From the human T2T-CHM13v2.0 reference genome, Homo sapiens: DNA of 64,000 nucleotides. Shown here piece after piece: positions 29,141 through 44,749 of the stretch. The stretch's first letter is position 1. The number at the start of each line of letters is the position of its first letter. The stretch lies in NCBI RefSeq assembly GCF_009914755.1, contig NC_060928.1, one strand, 5' to 3'. The notes under the pieces are model-generated. The model was given only the letters and a program-made list of their open reading frames with translations, did not search any database and was not told the DNA's origin. A program made the position numbers and the translations under genes.

Positions 29141-31828
29141 ATTTATTTCCTTCGGCCATTGAATAACCCTCCTTTTATGCGATCTTAGATCTGGCCTGGT
29201 GGGGCCTTTGCTTCTCTTTGGCTGGTTAGCATGACCTTTTGATGAGGCTTTACTGAAACCATCTGAAGCAAATACATTACTGTTGTCCTACAGAAATGCT
29301 TCGTAGGAGGCAGGGTTTCAAAGTTATTTCAAGACTGAATAACATTTTTTTCCAGAGATATTTTTAACTAAACTGGACCTGTATCATCCAGCTTAAAATG
29401 TTTAATACCTATATGTACTCACATATTCTGATGAAGGATCTACCATATCAACCTGTTCTCTCAGCCAAAAAGCAAGTTTATTTTAGATTCTGTATAAATG
29501 GGCCTGTCTCTCCTCTTCTTCCAGGCCCTGCAGAGTTGATTTGAATTTAGAGTCTCCAACAAAAAGAACTTATATTCAGATTAGCTTGGGGCATTAAGGA
29601 TAAAGATAAGAGAGCAGTCTTAATGTGGTGCTTTCAGCACTATAGGATTGCAGTGGGTTTGGGCACAAGAGCCATTTTGGCTTCATTATTAATTTTAGGG
29701 TGAACACATATCTATGAGTGGCAGAACAGAGTACAGCAGAGTTCTGTAAATAAGTAATATACAAAAGTAAACTAGAATGTGGAGTTTGTAATAAATCTAC
29801 AATCAGGTACTTTCAGGAGCTCATTTTACAGACCATAACCTGACTGCCCAGCCCATGACCTGATTCTGATGTAAGGAGATACTCAAATATTCCGTGAGAA
29901 ATACAGCTCTGTACATGTTAGAAAACCCTTTGTGTTCTTTGCTCCCATTAAGGATAATCCAAAACAGACCGAGAAAAAAACCAGGGAAACACCTCTAGTC
30001 ATGAACTAATCATTACTTTACACCTCAGTGTGGTCATACCTGCTTTAGGCAAATATCCATGAGAATTCTAAATGTTTTGATTGCTCAATAACCATTGGCA
30101 AAAGCAAGGGGGTCTCTTGAGCCGCCATAGCAGGCCCTCCCAAGTGTGAATTACCAAAACCTGCTTGTTTGCCAGCAGCTGCTATCTTCTGATCTCCAAA
30201 GCTACATTTGCTTGGAGCTCAGCCTTTGTTTAGATGAATTAAATTGCTCTAGGCGAAATGCATGTTTCTCCCTTTACTGTACTTTTCTCTCTTACTTCTC
30301 TGCAATGTATTTACTTTAAAGAGAAACATATGGACGTGAAAAAGCATGTTTGGGGGATTAGAAACAAAGCTTTATGGTTCTAGAAATTAAACTTTCATGT
30401 CACTCTTCTATTCATGAATGAGAAATGATACTGGAACCTTCTTTTGGGGGAATACATGTTCTCGAAACACATGTGTCAGTTACCAATGAAAACATATACT
30501 GTCCCATAGTAAAGGAGATGCATGGCTATTTTGGAAAAAAAGAGTAGGTTTAAAGATCTTGACTGTTACTATTCCGACTTATTTTCTTCAGGGAACATTG
30601 GCCTTTTTCAGGCACATTAAAATTAGGGTTTTGAAAATGTTTGTGGTGCATTGTGTCGTATGAAGAGTGGGCTTGGACCTCAAGCTTAACCTGGAAGAAA
30701 ATATAGCGGTGACAGGTAAACTGTAGGAATCCAAATGATGAATTGTAGTTCTCCAAAAGGCCAATAAAATACTGAATTATAGAACAAAAATAGAACTCTG
30801 GAAACACAAAACCATATTGCCATAGTCCAGTGTCATAGGGAGGCAAATCTGAACAAGATACAGATTATCAAATACCATCATTAATCAATTATATTCACTT
30901 TTAATATTTGAATATAATTTTTAAGTTTTCTCTCCTCATTGTAGCCTTCTTGTTTTCTTCTTTGTAAATGTTTGAGATTTCATGTCTCCTGGGTATTGAG
31001 AAGATGCTGGAATTTATGACTATTCAAATTTACTTTTGAACATTTTTATTTTATTAAAATCTAGAAATAATTTTCAATCAATTTTCCAGTATTAACAATC
31101 ACCAGTATTTAAAATCTAGATATAGCATCTCTCATTTTACGCTTGGGAAGATATTTCACATAATCATATGAACGGCTGGAAGAATAGGAATCATTATTTC
31201 TCTTTTACAGATGAATAGAACAGTAGCCAGGAAGGAATGTGGAACGAAGAACAGCAAAGTGTAGATTACTTTCTAGGTCTCCTGGGTGCTAACTCAGTGA
31301 TCTTTCTAATACATCACATGCTATTTTTTAAAAAATGTCTCCAAAGTTTAATTACGAAAGAATGGCCCCTACAGAAACCTATGAAATTAAATTTTTCTTT
31401 GTTTTGCTCTTGTACATGTACTGCAAAAATTAACAATGATGCAAAGATAATTTGCCAGGAATAAACCACACATGTAGGTGTGGGAGATTTTCCAGCTTAG
31501 CATTTGAATTCTTAGTGAATGGAATTTATGTTTCATACTAATAGAAAGCACAGCACCATTAATCCTCAAGATTCACTGAAAGACAGCTAACTAAACCTTA
31601 TTTATCTTTGCTAATTGATGGATCCCTGTGAAAAGGTATGAACACAGTTTATTGTTGTGGTTTTAATGAATGAAAACGCCTTCAGTTGTGGATTGGTTTG
31701 GTAGTCAGCGTTTTGTTTAGATTGCTTTTTTTCTGTAAGGATATTGAATTTGTATCAAAGCCTTACTCCAAAATCTGTTTATACATAATAGCTTATCATA
31801 TTTTCATCTTATATCTTTCCTGATATTC

Positions 31829-32182
31829 TGATATGATTTGGATTTCTGTCCTTGCCCAAATCTCTTGTTGAATTGTAATCTGCAGTGTTGGAGAAGGGGC
31901 CTGGTGGGAGGTGATTAGATCATGGGGGTGGATTTCCCTCTTGCTGTTCTCCTGATAGTGAGTGAGTTCTCATGAGATCTGGTTATCTAAAAGCGTGTAG
32001 TACCATGTGAAGACAGCCTGCTTCCCCTTCGCCTTCCGTCATATAATTGTAAGTTTCCTGAGGCCTCCCCAGCTATGCTTCCTGCACAGCCTGCCAAATG
32101 ATAAGCCAATTAAACCCCTTTTCTTTATAAATTACTCAGACTCAGGTATTTCTTTATAGCCGTGTGAGAACAGACTAATACA
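31829..32182 (+). mobile_element. MaLR solo LTR (MSTA-like, internally deleted)
   Basis: TGATATG.TTTGGAT start, GAACAGACTAATACA end; TSD TATTC/TTTTC. Confidence 0.85.
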
Positions 32183-33865
32183 TTTTCAAAGATAACCAAA
32201 CCCCGTGGCAACTCTTCCACTCCCCACACATTCAAAACCCTATCAACAACATGCCAGAATCTCATTTTCTGAAACTGTTGAAAAATCCTCCTGGAGGTTT
32301 ATCTGACTATTTAAGCTCTCTGCCTAAAATGCTCAGAAAACAAGAAGAAACTCAGGTCACCCTGATCATCTGGTCCTTTTTTTTTTTTTTTTTTTTTTTT
32401 ACATCCACTGATGTATCTTCAGTTTTGATAACTTTTCCCTATCTCGTAATTAAAAGGCAACAATTAAGACATAAGAATTAAGAGGTCATTTCATTCTAAA
32501 TCCTCCCTATGGGTAGACCTTTTTCATCAAAATCACATATATTTTAATTTTTTTAATTTTCTGAGGATTGTCACCCTTAAATTTTTCCTATCACAAATCA
32601 TTCATTATAACTAAATAATTATAAATTTAAGTTGTGCCTATTCTTTTTTATATGTAAGGTACAAAACAACTGTGTAACAGTTTCCTTATTGATTGTATGA
32701 ATTCACAGGCAATATTGTCACCCTTTATATTTTATTATTTTGTTCCCTACATTTTGCAATCTCAGTTTACTGGACTCATCCATAGATGCCTAAATTGTCA
32801 CCTGATTCTTCAGCTTTTCCTTCAACTTAGCATTCAATAATGACAAATAAAAAAATCTTGGCTCTGTCTTTTTACTTACTTTGTTGACAATGACTAAGTT
32901 ATTTAACCTCTCTAAAATTATTTTCTTAATTCATAAAATATAGGTAATAAAACTTATTTTATAAAATGTACATTTTAAATGCAAAATAATTGTATATACT
33001 GATCTCAGGACAATGTCTGGAATCTAAACTTCTGGTAAACTGTATCCTCTTCACAGATCCCTAGGCTGAAGAGGACGAGGGCAGAGAGGAGGATCTATAA
33101 TTTACAAGCTATTTCTCCTTCAAAAAAAAAAAGAAAAAAATAAAATCTCTAAATTGCCTTTACCAAAATTCATAGATTCTCCAGGAAAGGCATTTCTTGC
33201 ACTCTGGTCAGTTCACAGTGCTGCCTGTCTTTTGACCATCCACTGTGGCTGTGTTTGCAGGGGCTGGCTCTGTTTCTGGCTTTGCCTATTGGCTTCATCC
33301 TAAACAGGCTATTTCTTTACAAACACATCCCTTGATTGCTTTACGCCCATGTGTTCTGCCTGCTGTTCTCATTTCCCCAACTCCTGAGCTGATGTTACTA
33401 TTCTTCAAATTGAGGGCACCCTGAGGATGGAAACCTGCAGGGCAGCAGAATGAATTTAATCCCACTGTTAGATTCCATTCTAAACTACTCAGCAGGCAAA
33501 GAGCAACTCCTCACAGAATGTGTTGCTCCTGAGAGTGAAAGGGTAATGAACTGTAAAACCAGATGGCTCAATCCCCCAAAGCTATTACAGGGTTAACTTT
33601 CCTCTTGCCTGGGATCAGCAAGGGTACCAACTCCTGCTGATTGTCTCTCCAAATCCCCAGGATAACTAACTCTGTGTCCTAAAAGATGTTTCCTTTTTGG
33701 GGAAAAAATATTAAAATGTGTTAAGATGATCAAGAAAAAGTGAAATTCTCAATTTCTTGTTGTAGAAAACTGATAGACACTGTTTAATTTTCCTCCCAGT
33801 AATTCTAAGAGTTGATACTTTAAACTGGGAAGGTAGATGAATGTTTTTGCCTGTGGCTTGAAAAG

Positions 33866-34593
33866 AATACACCCAGTTAAAATGGATTTTATTCAAGAGA
33901 GAGGCAAAAAAGAATGCTGGTAAGGATGTGGAGAAAAAGGAACTCTCATTCACTCTTGGTGGGAATGTAAATTAGTACAATCATTATGGAGAACAGTATG
34001 GAGATCCTCAAACTAAAATTAGAACTACCATATGATCCAGCAATCTCATTGCTATGTATATACCCAAAAGAAAGGAAACCAGTATATCAGCACTCCTGCG
34101 TTGTTGTAGCACTTTTACAATAGCCAACATTTGGAAGCAACCTAAGTGTCCGCATACAGATGAAAAGATACAGAACATGTGGTACATACACACAATGGAG
34201 TACTATTCAGCCATAAAAAAAGCATGAGATCCTGTCATTTGCAACATGGATGGAACTGGAGATCATTATACTAAGTGAAATAAGCCAGGCACAGAAAGAC
34301 AAACTTTGTGTGTTCTCACTCATTTTGGGGAACTAAAAATTAAAACAATTGAACTCATGCAGATAGACAGCAGAAGAATGGTTATCAGAGGCTGGGAAGG
34401 ATAGTGAGCGAGGAAGAGAATGAGGATGGTTAATGGGAACAAAAAGTATCATTAGAATGAATAAGATCTGTTATTTGATAGCACAACAGTGACTGCTGTC
34501 AACAATAATTTATTGTACATTTTATAATAACTAAGATTATTAAAAAGTAGAATGTTCATAACATAAACAAAGGATAAATGCTTGAGGTGATGG
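33866..34593 (+). mobile_element. L1MA-type 3' fragment
   Basis: CACCCAGTTAAAATGG, GAACTACCATATGATCCAGCAATC, GGATAAATGCTTGAGGTGATGGAT. Confidence 0.85.
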
Positions 34594-34775
34594 ATTTGGT
34601 TACATTTTCAACAACATGCTCTGTAAGAAGCTTCATACCAATGTTTCTCTCTTTCTTATGACCTTTCTACCTATAACTTGATTGAAAGAATTCACCATCG
34701 GTGCAGGCATATGTCCCACATAAAGGCTAATAGAAACTGCATCTTCATGCACATCAAGGAAAGGCTTTTCCCATT

Positions 34776-34806
34776 AAAACAAAACAAAACAAAACAAAAC
34801 AAAAAC
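34776..34806 (+). repeat. (AAAAC)n microsatellite
   Basis: About six AAAAC units. Confidence 0.9.
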
Positions 34807-35254
34807 ACTAAAGCTTTGGTCCTTTTTTTTTCTATGCATTCTATTTTTTAAAAAAATACTGTTTAGAGACAATTACAGGGGCCATTTGTGATGTTATTGG
34901 TCAACATGGTTCTAAGGACATATTTTTTTTTCTCAGAACTTGGTGAAAAGTGCTTTCATCCAATAAAGGCAAGAGATGATGATGAGAAAGCTGGCTTTGT
35001 TCATTTCGTCAATATGCAATTTTTGTCGTCCTTTGGCTCTTTTTCATATTGTAATGCTGTGATGAATCAAACACAGCTACAAATCTTGCAATATTATTTC
35101 CATTATAGATTGTCCTCAAGGATAACCATTTCACTTATAACATTAAATTTCAGGATAATTTTTCAGAAATGAATTTGGGGGCCAAATGCCAGCCCTTTGA
35201 AGAAGTGTGTAAACTTGTCTCATTTTTTAGTCTTGACTTTCAGCTATAAGTTTC

Positions 35255-35753
35255 TGACAAAGACTCTCTTTGACCAAACTGTAGTCAGGCTCCTCTGAGC
35301 CCTCTTCTCAGCTAGGCTTCAACCTCAGGTTTCCCTGTTTTCCTGGGGTCCAGTTATAGCAAGAATCCTGCTAAGTTAATTCAGAGAGAATCTCTCAACC
35401 CTTGATATTTGATCACTCTTAGTATCTATTAGTAATCAGATTCCTCATGCCCTACCATCAATACCTGACCATTCTGGCCTGCCTTCAGCAAGAGTCTTGT
35501 TAGGTCAGTTTCACCAGAACCCCTGCTGCCCTTCATGTCTCCTTTTAGTAATTTTTTGTCTACCAACGACTCTCCAAACTGCTCTTTTGTTATAAATCTC
35601 CCACTAGTTTTTGCTGTATTCAGAATTGAGCCTGATTTCTTTCCAGTATTTTGATAGCTTTTATACCTATTGCAATGGTTCTGTAATAAAGTCTTCCTTA
35701 CCATCTTGTCAGAACTGTCAGAACAAGGTTTTTTTTTTTTTTTTTTTTTGACA
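35255..35753 (+). mobile_element. ERV1 solo LTR, MER31-like
   Basis: TGACAAAGACTCTCT.TGACCAAACT.TAGTCAGGCTCCTCTGAGCCCTCTTCT start; AATAAAGTCTTCCTTACC near the end; ends ..TTTGACA. Confidence 0.75.
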
Positions 35754-36429
35754 GTTCATTAGTTTTAATAAGTCTCAGTAATTGTACGCTTGGGAATTCT
35801 CAAATAAATCACAGATACCTACTGGATGAGCTAACTTGTAGCTTCATTTTTCTAAGGAGAATATTTCAGAATATTTACTAATCTTTGAAGATAAAGTTTA
35901 TTGCAGATGTTAATCTGACTTTTAATCTGCTTTCATCTTTTTCTTATTTATCTCTGCCTCACCTCTATTACTAACATGATATTATTCAGGAATAAATGTT
36001 CTACTTCTAGCCTCTAAATCAAAGCATATAGTTTCATACAATAAAATCAGTTCTGACTACTCAGGGAAAAAGATAAGGTTGTCTGTATCAAAAATCTATT
36101 TAGAGTTTTGATGAAATAAACTTTTTCCAAAAAATCCATAAGCCACCAATTAGCATCTTATGAAGGAATATGCTATGCATTAAGACTATTTAACTAGTTT
36201 GAACATTTAGATGGCCAATTATAGTCTTAGTCACAATATCAGAAAAAAGCAGAATTTGTATGAGTAGAGTTAAATCAGAACTACTCGTAATCATAATAAT
36301 CAACTCCTCAAATAACTATAAAAGTTATTAATGAATAAATAAGAGACACATTTGACTCAAGTCAGTTAATTTAAAATAGTTTGCCTAATTTAGCAAGCCA
36401 TGTGGAAATCAAAGAGAAAAAGAAAAGGG

Positions 36430-36625
36430 CAACTAACATTTATTTAGTGCTTCAACAGGTGTTTCATAATGTTAACTCCTTTAATCTTCACAACCTTGTA
36501 GTGAGTATATTATCTTAATTTTAAATAAAGGAAACAAGATGTGAGAGGTTACGTAATTTGCCTAAGGTCAAAGTGCTAGGAAATGGTAAATACCAGATTT
36601 GAAATTAAGCCTGACTAAAAAAGTT
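36430..36625 (-). mobile_element. MIR SINE
   Basis: CTAACATTTATT, TTTAATCTTCACAAC, GAGAGGTTACGTAATTTGCCTAAGGTCA, AGATTTGAA. Confidence 0.65.
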
Positions 36626-36884
36626 CACGCCTTCACTAAGTCCTGCAGTTCAGGCAGGAAATAAGTTTTGCATCCTTAGCTAGTCCATGGGATTGCAACC
36701 ATGGCATGCTAAGGTGACACTGTAATGAGTCACCATGGCATGACTCCAGCCAATGTAAAAATTGGCAGATGGGACCTACTTGCATTCAGAAAAAAATGAC
36801 TAAAAGGGCCCCTAACGAATAAATAATATTTCAAAATTTGAGCTGAAAAAGAAGTTCAAAGAAACAAATTTGTCAGTTTCATTG

Positions 36885-38135
36885 ACTTATTTTAAATTGA
36901 GAATACATTCACTTGGTAAATAAATAGAAGGTATCCAGTGAAAAGTCTACCTCCATCTTTGCCATGTGAGCTGAGAGTTTCTATTCCCCTCTTTCCATAC
37001 ATAAACCATGTGATCAGCTTTTTATGTGCCCTTCCAGTGGTTGTTTCATGAAGACATTTTGTCACCTTTCTTATGAAAAAGGAAGCATAAGATACATACT
37101 GTTCTACATCAAGTTTTTTTCTCACATAATAGAATATCTTGGAGAGTTTTACTAATCTTTACTAAAGATTGGTACATAAATAGCTACCTCATTCTTTTTT
37201 TTTTTTTTTTACAGTTGCAGAACGTTTCATTAAATAGACAATAATTTATTTAATCAGTCTCTACTAATGGGCATGGTTTTCAAATTTCTTGCCATTATCA
37301 TTTTTATTTTTGTGCTATACTTTCATTATTGTTGGTCAATTATCTTTTAATTATTCAAATAATGCTTCAATGAATAAAGTTGTATATACATAATTTCAAA
37401 CAGGTATAGGCATATCTGTAGGTAAACTACCAAAATGGGATTGCTGGGTCAAAGAGTAAATGAATTTATAATTTTCTAATATCATAAGTAAATTGCTTTT
37501 CGTAGGGATTGTGGCAGTTTCTACTCCTATCTGCAATGTGTGAGCATGCCTATTTCTCATAGAGTTTATTAAAAAGAGATTTTTTTAAATCAAGTTTTGA
37601 GATTTTTGCCATACTAATAGATTAAAAAATGCTATTTTAGTATATTTGTTACACTACATGTTGTACTCAGTTATTGTTTGTATATGTAAGAATGATTGAA
37701 AATACGTATTTTTTACTTTACTGCATTATTGAAACCTCTCATTACTTATCAGGTAGTTTTTCAGGTTATTCACTTGGGCTCTTCTAAGTATACAATGACA
37801 TTGTCTGCACTCAGTAATAACTTAAACTTCTTCATTGCAAACTCCACTGTTTTTTTTGTTGTTGTTGTTTCTAATTACATCAACTACTAATTCAGAATCT
37901 ATGTAATAAAATTTCATATAACTGTAAAAAAAAAGAGAAAGAGTACATATAAAAACTTGTGAAACACTAGTCTATGATTTTGTTACAGTATTGCTCCAAT
38001 GTCAGTTTCCAAGTTTTAGTAAATGTATTGCAGTAATGTAACATGTTATCATTGGAAGAATCCGGGTAAAGAATGTACATAGGAACTCTGAACCATTTAC
38101 GCAAGTAAAATAAAAGGTTTCCTTGCATTTGATAG
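36885..38135 (-). mobile_element. Old L1M (L1ME/L1MD-like) fragments
   Basis: GGGATTGCTGGGTCAAAGAGTA, TACAATGACATTGTCTGCA and related degenerate L1 segments. Confidence 0.55.
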
Positions 38136-40374
38136 ACTTCTTGCTCTAATTCTGACACGTATTTCTTTATAGAAATTTAGGCTTTTTAGATATTTAGATA
38201 TGCTTATAGAGGGTAATGGTAGAAAACCCCATAATATTGTTTAGTCTACACACATTCAAATTTATAACATGTCTTATGTGTTGTGGTTATATTTCATACA
38301 GCATGGTGATCTTTCTCAACTTGAAAAATTAGATAAAAAATTACTCACAAGTGGAAAATATGCTGCCATTTCCTGTGCTCATCCCTGATGGGAAAACAGA
38401 GGCGCCTCTCTTCTCTGTGTGACAGGTTGAAGAAGGAATATTGATCCAGTCTCCTCTGAAATAATGCATCTTCACTGTGGATTCCCTTATAGGGAAGAAA
38501 GAATGTTAGTAAAATCGATGTGAAAGTAGAAACATAAAATCTTAGGGGTTGAGGTGGGGATGGAAAATCATTCAACATGGATTAAGAAGATCTGTCATAT
38601 GAATGAGACTAAGTTTTCTGAGTCATTCTCTTAAAGGAGGAAGTTGAACTAGATGACCCAATGCAGCACTTGTAAGCATCGCTGATTTTCAGAAATGCTG
38701 GGAAGCTGCCAAGGTGATTCAGATGACAAGCCAGGTTTGAAAACCCACTGATTCAAGACAAATTTTATGTCTAAGTTATTATTTGAAATAGGATCAGAAT
38801 ATCATCCATTGCAGGGATAACTGTTATTCCCAACAAATAACCAATTGACTGAAAAAGTGAGAGTTCTTAAACCAACCCAAATATGCATTTCAGACCTTAG
38901 AAAAATAGTTATTCTTGTTTAAAAATTACTTTTCACCTTGAAGGAAATTTTGTATAACCTTCAAGTCTTCATTATTAAGCACTCCATTGAGAATATATTT
39001 GACTTAAGTACATCCTAAATAACAGCTTTAAGTGAAATGAGTCAAACTTTTCTTTCATATGTTATGAGCTACTGTATTTATTTAACATTTGAATAGGATC
39101 ACCATAAAAAAAGGGGAAATACTTCAGAAAAACGCTGTATCAGACTTTATAAATGATTATACAATTCTTACATAGTTGAGGTTTTATTTTAATTCTCTCT
39201 AGCTCTTCATTGCTTAAATTTCAAAAATGACTTAGCAGGTTTTCTTTCTCTTAAAAAATATTTTTACAATTGCTTAGGTAGAATCTTTCGCCTATATGGG
39301 GCTAACTGCTGTTAAGTCCCGACTCTCACTTCAACCACTATAACTTCGTGCTTTACCTTCAGACTTTTTATCTTTAATACTAATGTTTACCCTTAACAGA
39401 CTGATGTATTTTTAAAACAGAAACCAAGAACTGCTTCTTCAACTCTTTCTAAAAGGCACCTTTCATTAAAAATAGGTGTAGGCAGGGCGAATAAGGGACC
39501 TTGCCCATACTTGCCTATCTTCTCTCATTAAGGTTCTAGGGTGTCACTCTTGGGTCAGGTCCCACATTTGTACTCTCATCACTGCCCTGTGGGGAGGGCT
39601 GAGACAAACAATGACAGAATTTGGCTTCTGTTCTCCAAGGAAGTACCTGTGAGCATAGGCAGAGAAGTTATCTATATCATACATAGTAAGTCTTGATGGG
39701 GAAAATATTTTAAAGCCTGATGACCACAGTGTTCGTCCCTCTTAGAAGTCTATGAAAGGCCCTGCTGCTATGCTAGTAATTAACACCAAAGAAGAGCTCG
39801 CTCCTTGAAGGCAGCATCATAGATAAATGCTCTCTCACTAAGGCAATGTCAGAGGTTAAGTCCTTAATAACGAGGCAATGGAGTAAAGTTGAACTCTTGG
39901 TTGAATCCTAAACTGAGCTCTGCCTGATCTCTACATGCTCCCACACCTTCTTCACAAATAAATGTATGTAATTTTTCAAGTTCCACCACACAGATGGAGG
40001 CAAAAAATGTACATGCTGTTCTTGATGTTATAAGCCAGCCTGACCCACACCAGCAACAAATAACAATCAGGGTTTTAGGATAACTCCATTGCTGCACCTG
40101 GCTTTCTCTGAGTCTGCAAAAGCCAAATTTCTTAGCTCTGTGACCCTAATATTATCTTTATCCTCTAGTTCTTTTGACCTTTAGTTCTAATGTTTTGGAC
40201 ATTGGCTTTCTCTTCTACTTTTGACTTAAATCAGACATTCATCTGTCAGTATTCCTTTACTCATCTTAACCCACACTCTTACTTTGTTGGGAGACAATTC
40301 TCCAGGGGTCTCATGTTTTTGACCATCCTGTGACAACTTCCATTCTCTACTACATTTTCAAAGATATTTGTGTA

Positions 40375-40570
40375 AGAAGGAAACAACAGACACTGGAGTC
40401 TACTTGAGGGTGGAGGGTGGGAGGAGGGAGAGGAACAGAAAAGATAACTATTGGGTACTGGGCCTAATACCTGGGTGATGAAATAATCTGTACAACAAAC
40501 CCCCGTGACATGTGTTTACCTATGTAACAAACCTTCATATGGACCACCAAACCTAAAAGTAAAAAAAAAA
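40375..40570 (+). mobile_element. Short 3' end of an older L1PA (L1PA13-16-like)
   Basis: GAGGGTGGAGGGTGGGAGGAGGGAGAGG..ATAACTATTGGGTACT..CCTGGGTGATGAAATAATCTGTACAACAAACCCC; TSD AAAGATAT(T)TGTGTA at 40360 and 41041. Confidence 0.88.
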
Positions 40571-40587
40571 GTAAATATAAAAATATA

Positions 40588-41030
<443 letters not shown>

Positions 41031-42802
41031 TTAAAACCCCAAAGATATTGTGTAGTAAATAGCCTTGCAGGTATAATACCTACTTCCAGCGCAGAGGACA
41101 ATTTCTTTATTGTCTAAGTTAATAAAGACAATAGCTCTCTCCGGGGCAAAATTTGAGCTAGTCTGTTAGCAGCCCTTTTAGAAGATTGAGGGTTTCTTAG
41201 TCTCTGGGTTCCTCAGCGCAGCCTCTGTGGATGCAGCATTCTCCTGTGCCTGCCTCTAAATCATCCGAGTGGGGCTTAGGGTGAAACAAAAACCAATGCA
41301 AAGATGGAGCTCATGCTGCCTGCTGTGCTATGAGTAATAAAGTCCTTTGTCTCTAATTCAGAAGTCTTATGTCTTCTGCTGGCATCTATGAGATAGTAGC
41401 TGGCTAACTTGTGAGCTTCTAAGTAGAGTAAAATCCCACACCATTTGCAGCACTTGACATGCCTCAGTTCATATAACTAGTATAGCTGGCATTGTTTCTT
41501 TGGAGTTTTCCTAGAATTTATTTCCCTTTCCTAATGGTACTCTGGTTCCCTCTCGAGAATTACATGTTCCCCATTGGATACTATCTTCAGGAATTTAATT
41601 AGGTGTTCTGCCCTCTCCTAGCTAAGACATGGAGGCATGATGCAGGCTGAACTCATTGGAACTTAAACAAAGACAATGAAAACAATTGACATTGATTCAT
41701 CCCCAGCAGTGACTCCCTAAACAAGTATTATCTGCTATTTCTGTACATCCTTTTCCTAGAATCTATAGATAACTTGAACTCTGTCTATGTCCAGGTCAGG
41801 TTCCTCACATTTCCCATGAATTGTGTGAGATTCAAATATCCCCAAAATACATTTCTTTTGGTTGAAGTTGGCTTTTGTTTCTTTCTGCCAAAGAACTCTA
41901 ACATAATCAGCCAGCATTCTGGGCAGTCTGCGTCTCACTCCCCACAAGGTCATGTGTGTTTTTGTGTTGTGGCCACCTGCATTTTCATAAAGCATGGTTA
42001 TGTCCCTCTACTTATGGGGATTAGAAACAAGATACTACTGAACACATAAATAAAAACAGTAAAACACCCTACATTTCTAGATTTTGTCTATCTCTGGTTA
42101 GAAACCTATTTCAAAGGATTCATTCATTCATTAAAGACTTACTTCCTGAGCATCTCCTTTATGCCAAGAACTGCAAGATGTTAACAAAAGAGAAATGGCC
42201 TCTGCTGTCATTGAGCACACATTCTAATTCTATTCTGTATCACATTTCTACTCTCTGTTTAAAAAAAGAGACTGTTAGAATATAAATTCCTTGTGGGCAG
42301 AAATTGGGCTTTTTAAAGTCACTTTCTAACATGGAAATTAGTGGATATTAAGTATTCAATAAGCATTTATTGACTAAATAAATAAATGACATTTCCATTG
42401 GAAAGTTGAAATGCATTATTGGTCACAAACAGAATTGTCCAAGACAAACATTAAATGCATTGAACCTAAGATGATGAAACAATAAATAGGTTTCTTCTTG
42501 TATTTAAGTGAGGCCAGTCTAATAGTTTTCACAATTAGTATGCATTTGGCAAATAAATTCTCAATGTTCCAGGAACACTAAAAATCATTCTGGATTAATT
42601 AAGAATTTAACTGGAAAATAAGCATGACTACAATTAAATAGAAAAAATTAAGTGTGAGAAATGTAAATAAAAAGCATATAAGAAATGTGTGAATAAAGTT
42701 TATTTTACAGTTTAATGAATAATAATGATTTTTTTTGCACAAATCAAGAGATATAGTCCAGAACCTTAGAGTAAAATCATAGACTTTATTGATTGTTTAT
42801 CT

Positions 42803-43373
<571 letters not shown>

Positions 43374-44749
43374 TATTTTATTTTTAATGAGCTAGTTTTC
43401 CCACTCATCTGTTTTTAATTCAGCTTCTATCATAATTTACATCGAAGGAGTCATTACCAGGTCGCAAATCAAATACCTATTATTATTATTATTGCACCAG
43501 TAGCATGTATGGTTAATGCTCAGAGGAAGGGTTGTGATATGAAGTGTGGCTGACAGCCCACACTTGTTCTTTTTGCATACGTGAAACCTCCTTTTTCTCC
43601 ATGCTTGTTGGATAATTAGAGGACAAACGGACAGGTCTTTTTGACCTCAGTGTCAGCTACTAAGTTCTTCTTAAAAGAATCAACTGAATTCAACTTAATT
43701 ATCTCCAATAAAAAGAGGTCAGGGCAGAGTATCAGCTAAAAGCAATTAAGTAGTCAACCCACAAATGTTCAAACAAATAAGTGATGAATAATTGGTTGGT
43801 TTCCTATTATATTCAATACAAACTGACTGAGTAGAACAGATGGGAAAGCAGGAATAAGAAAATATAAACTATTTTGTACTAAGAGTTGGGATCCTGTTTG
43901 AGAATGATTAAGTGAAGAGTATGTTTTAACAAGTGGCCTAAAATAGCAGGATTTAAATGTTTCTCACTACCACACAGCTGTTTCTGAATGAAAAGAAATT
44001 GGAATTCAAAGATTAGTAATTGAACACATACTATGTACAAGACAATCCAAAAGATATCAAGATAAGTAACACTCATTTTCTATCTAAATGAAGATTACAG
44101 TGGGAGAAAAATGATACAATCTGTTTAGCATAAAACAGAAAAAAAACCATGAAATATAAAAATAAATTACAAGAGTCATTAAAAATAAATAATCTCTGTC
44201 TGGGAGAATAGAACAAAGGTCAATGTGGGCAGAGAAATATAGCTGTGAACGAGCATAGAGTGTTCCAGCAATAGTAAACACTTCGATGGGGATGTGAGCA
44301 GAGGGTTTGGTGCCTGTGCAGTGGTGGTGAAGTGGCAGAGAAAATGGAGGAAGAAGCAACTAACTGGAAAGGTAGGTGAAAGATAGCCTGTAAGAAGCTC
44401 TGTGCCATGCATGAACTGGCATTCTGTTAGAAATGAGAGATCCTAAAAGTTTAGAGGTAGGATTATGCTGTAATAGAGTGATGTTTTGAAAAGATAACTG
44501 GTGGCCACATGAAGGAAAAACTGCAGAGCAGATGCGCTAGACTGAAGAGCACAGAAGAGGCTGTGACATGGTCAGAGCTCTGCTGGAATATAGTTTAGCT
44601 GCCATCAGCTTGAAGAGTTGGAGAAGGCAGAGCACTAGAGAGGAGTACGGGTTAAGGGGGAGTCCCAGGAGACCAGGAGAGGCTCTAAACAAGGATGGAG
44701 GAAATGGGCAGAAGTACAGAATAGGAAGGTGAGAAATGGGGTAGAGTTA

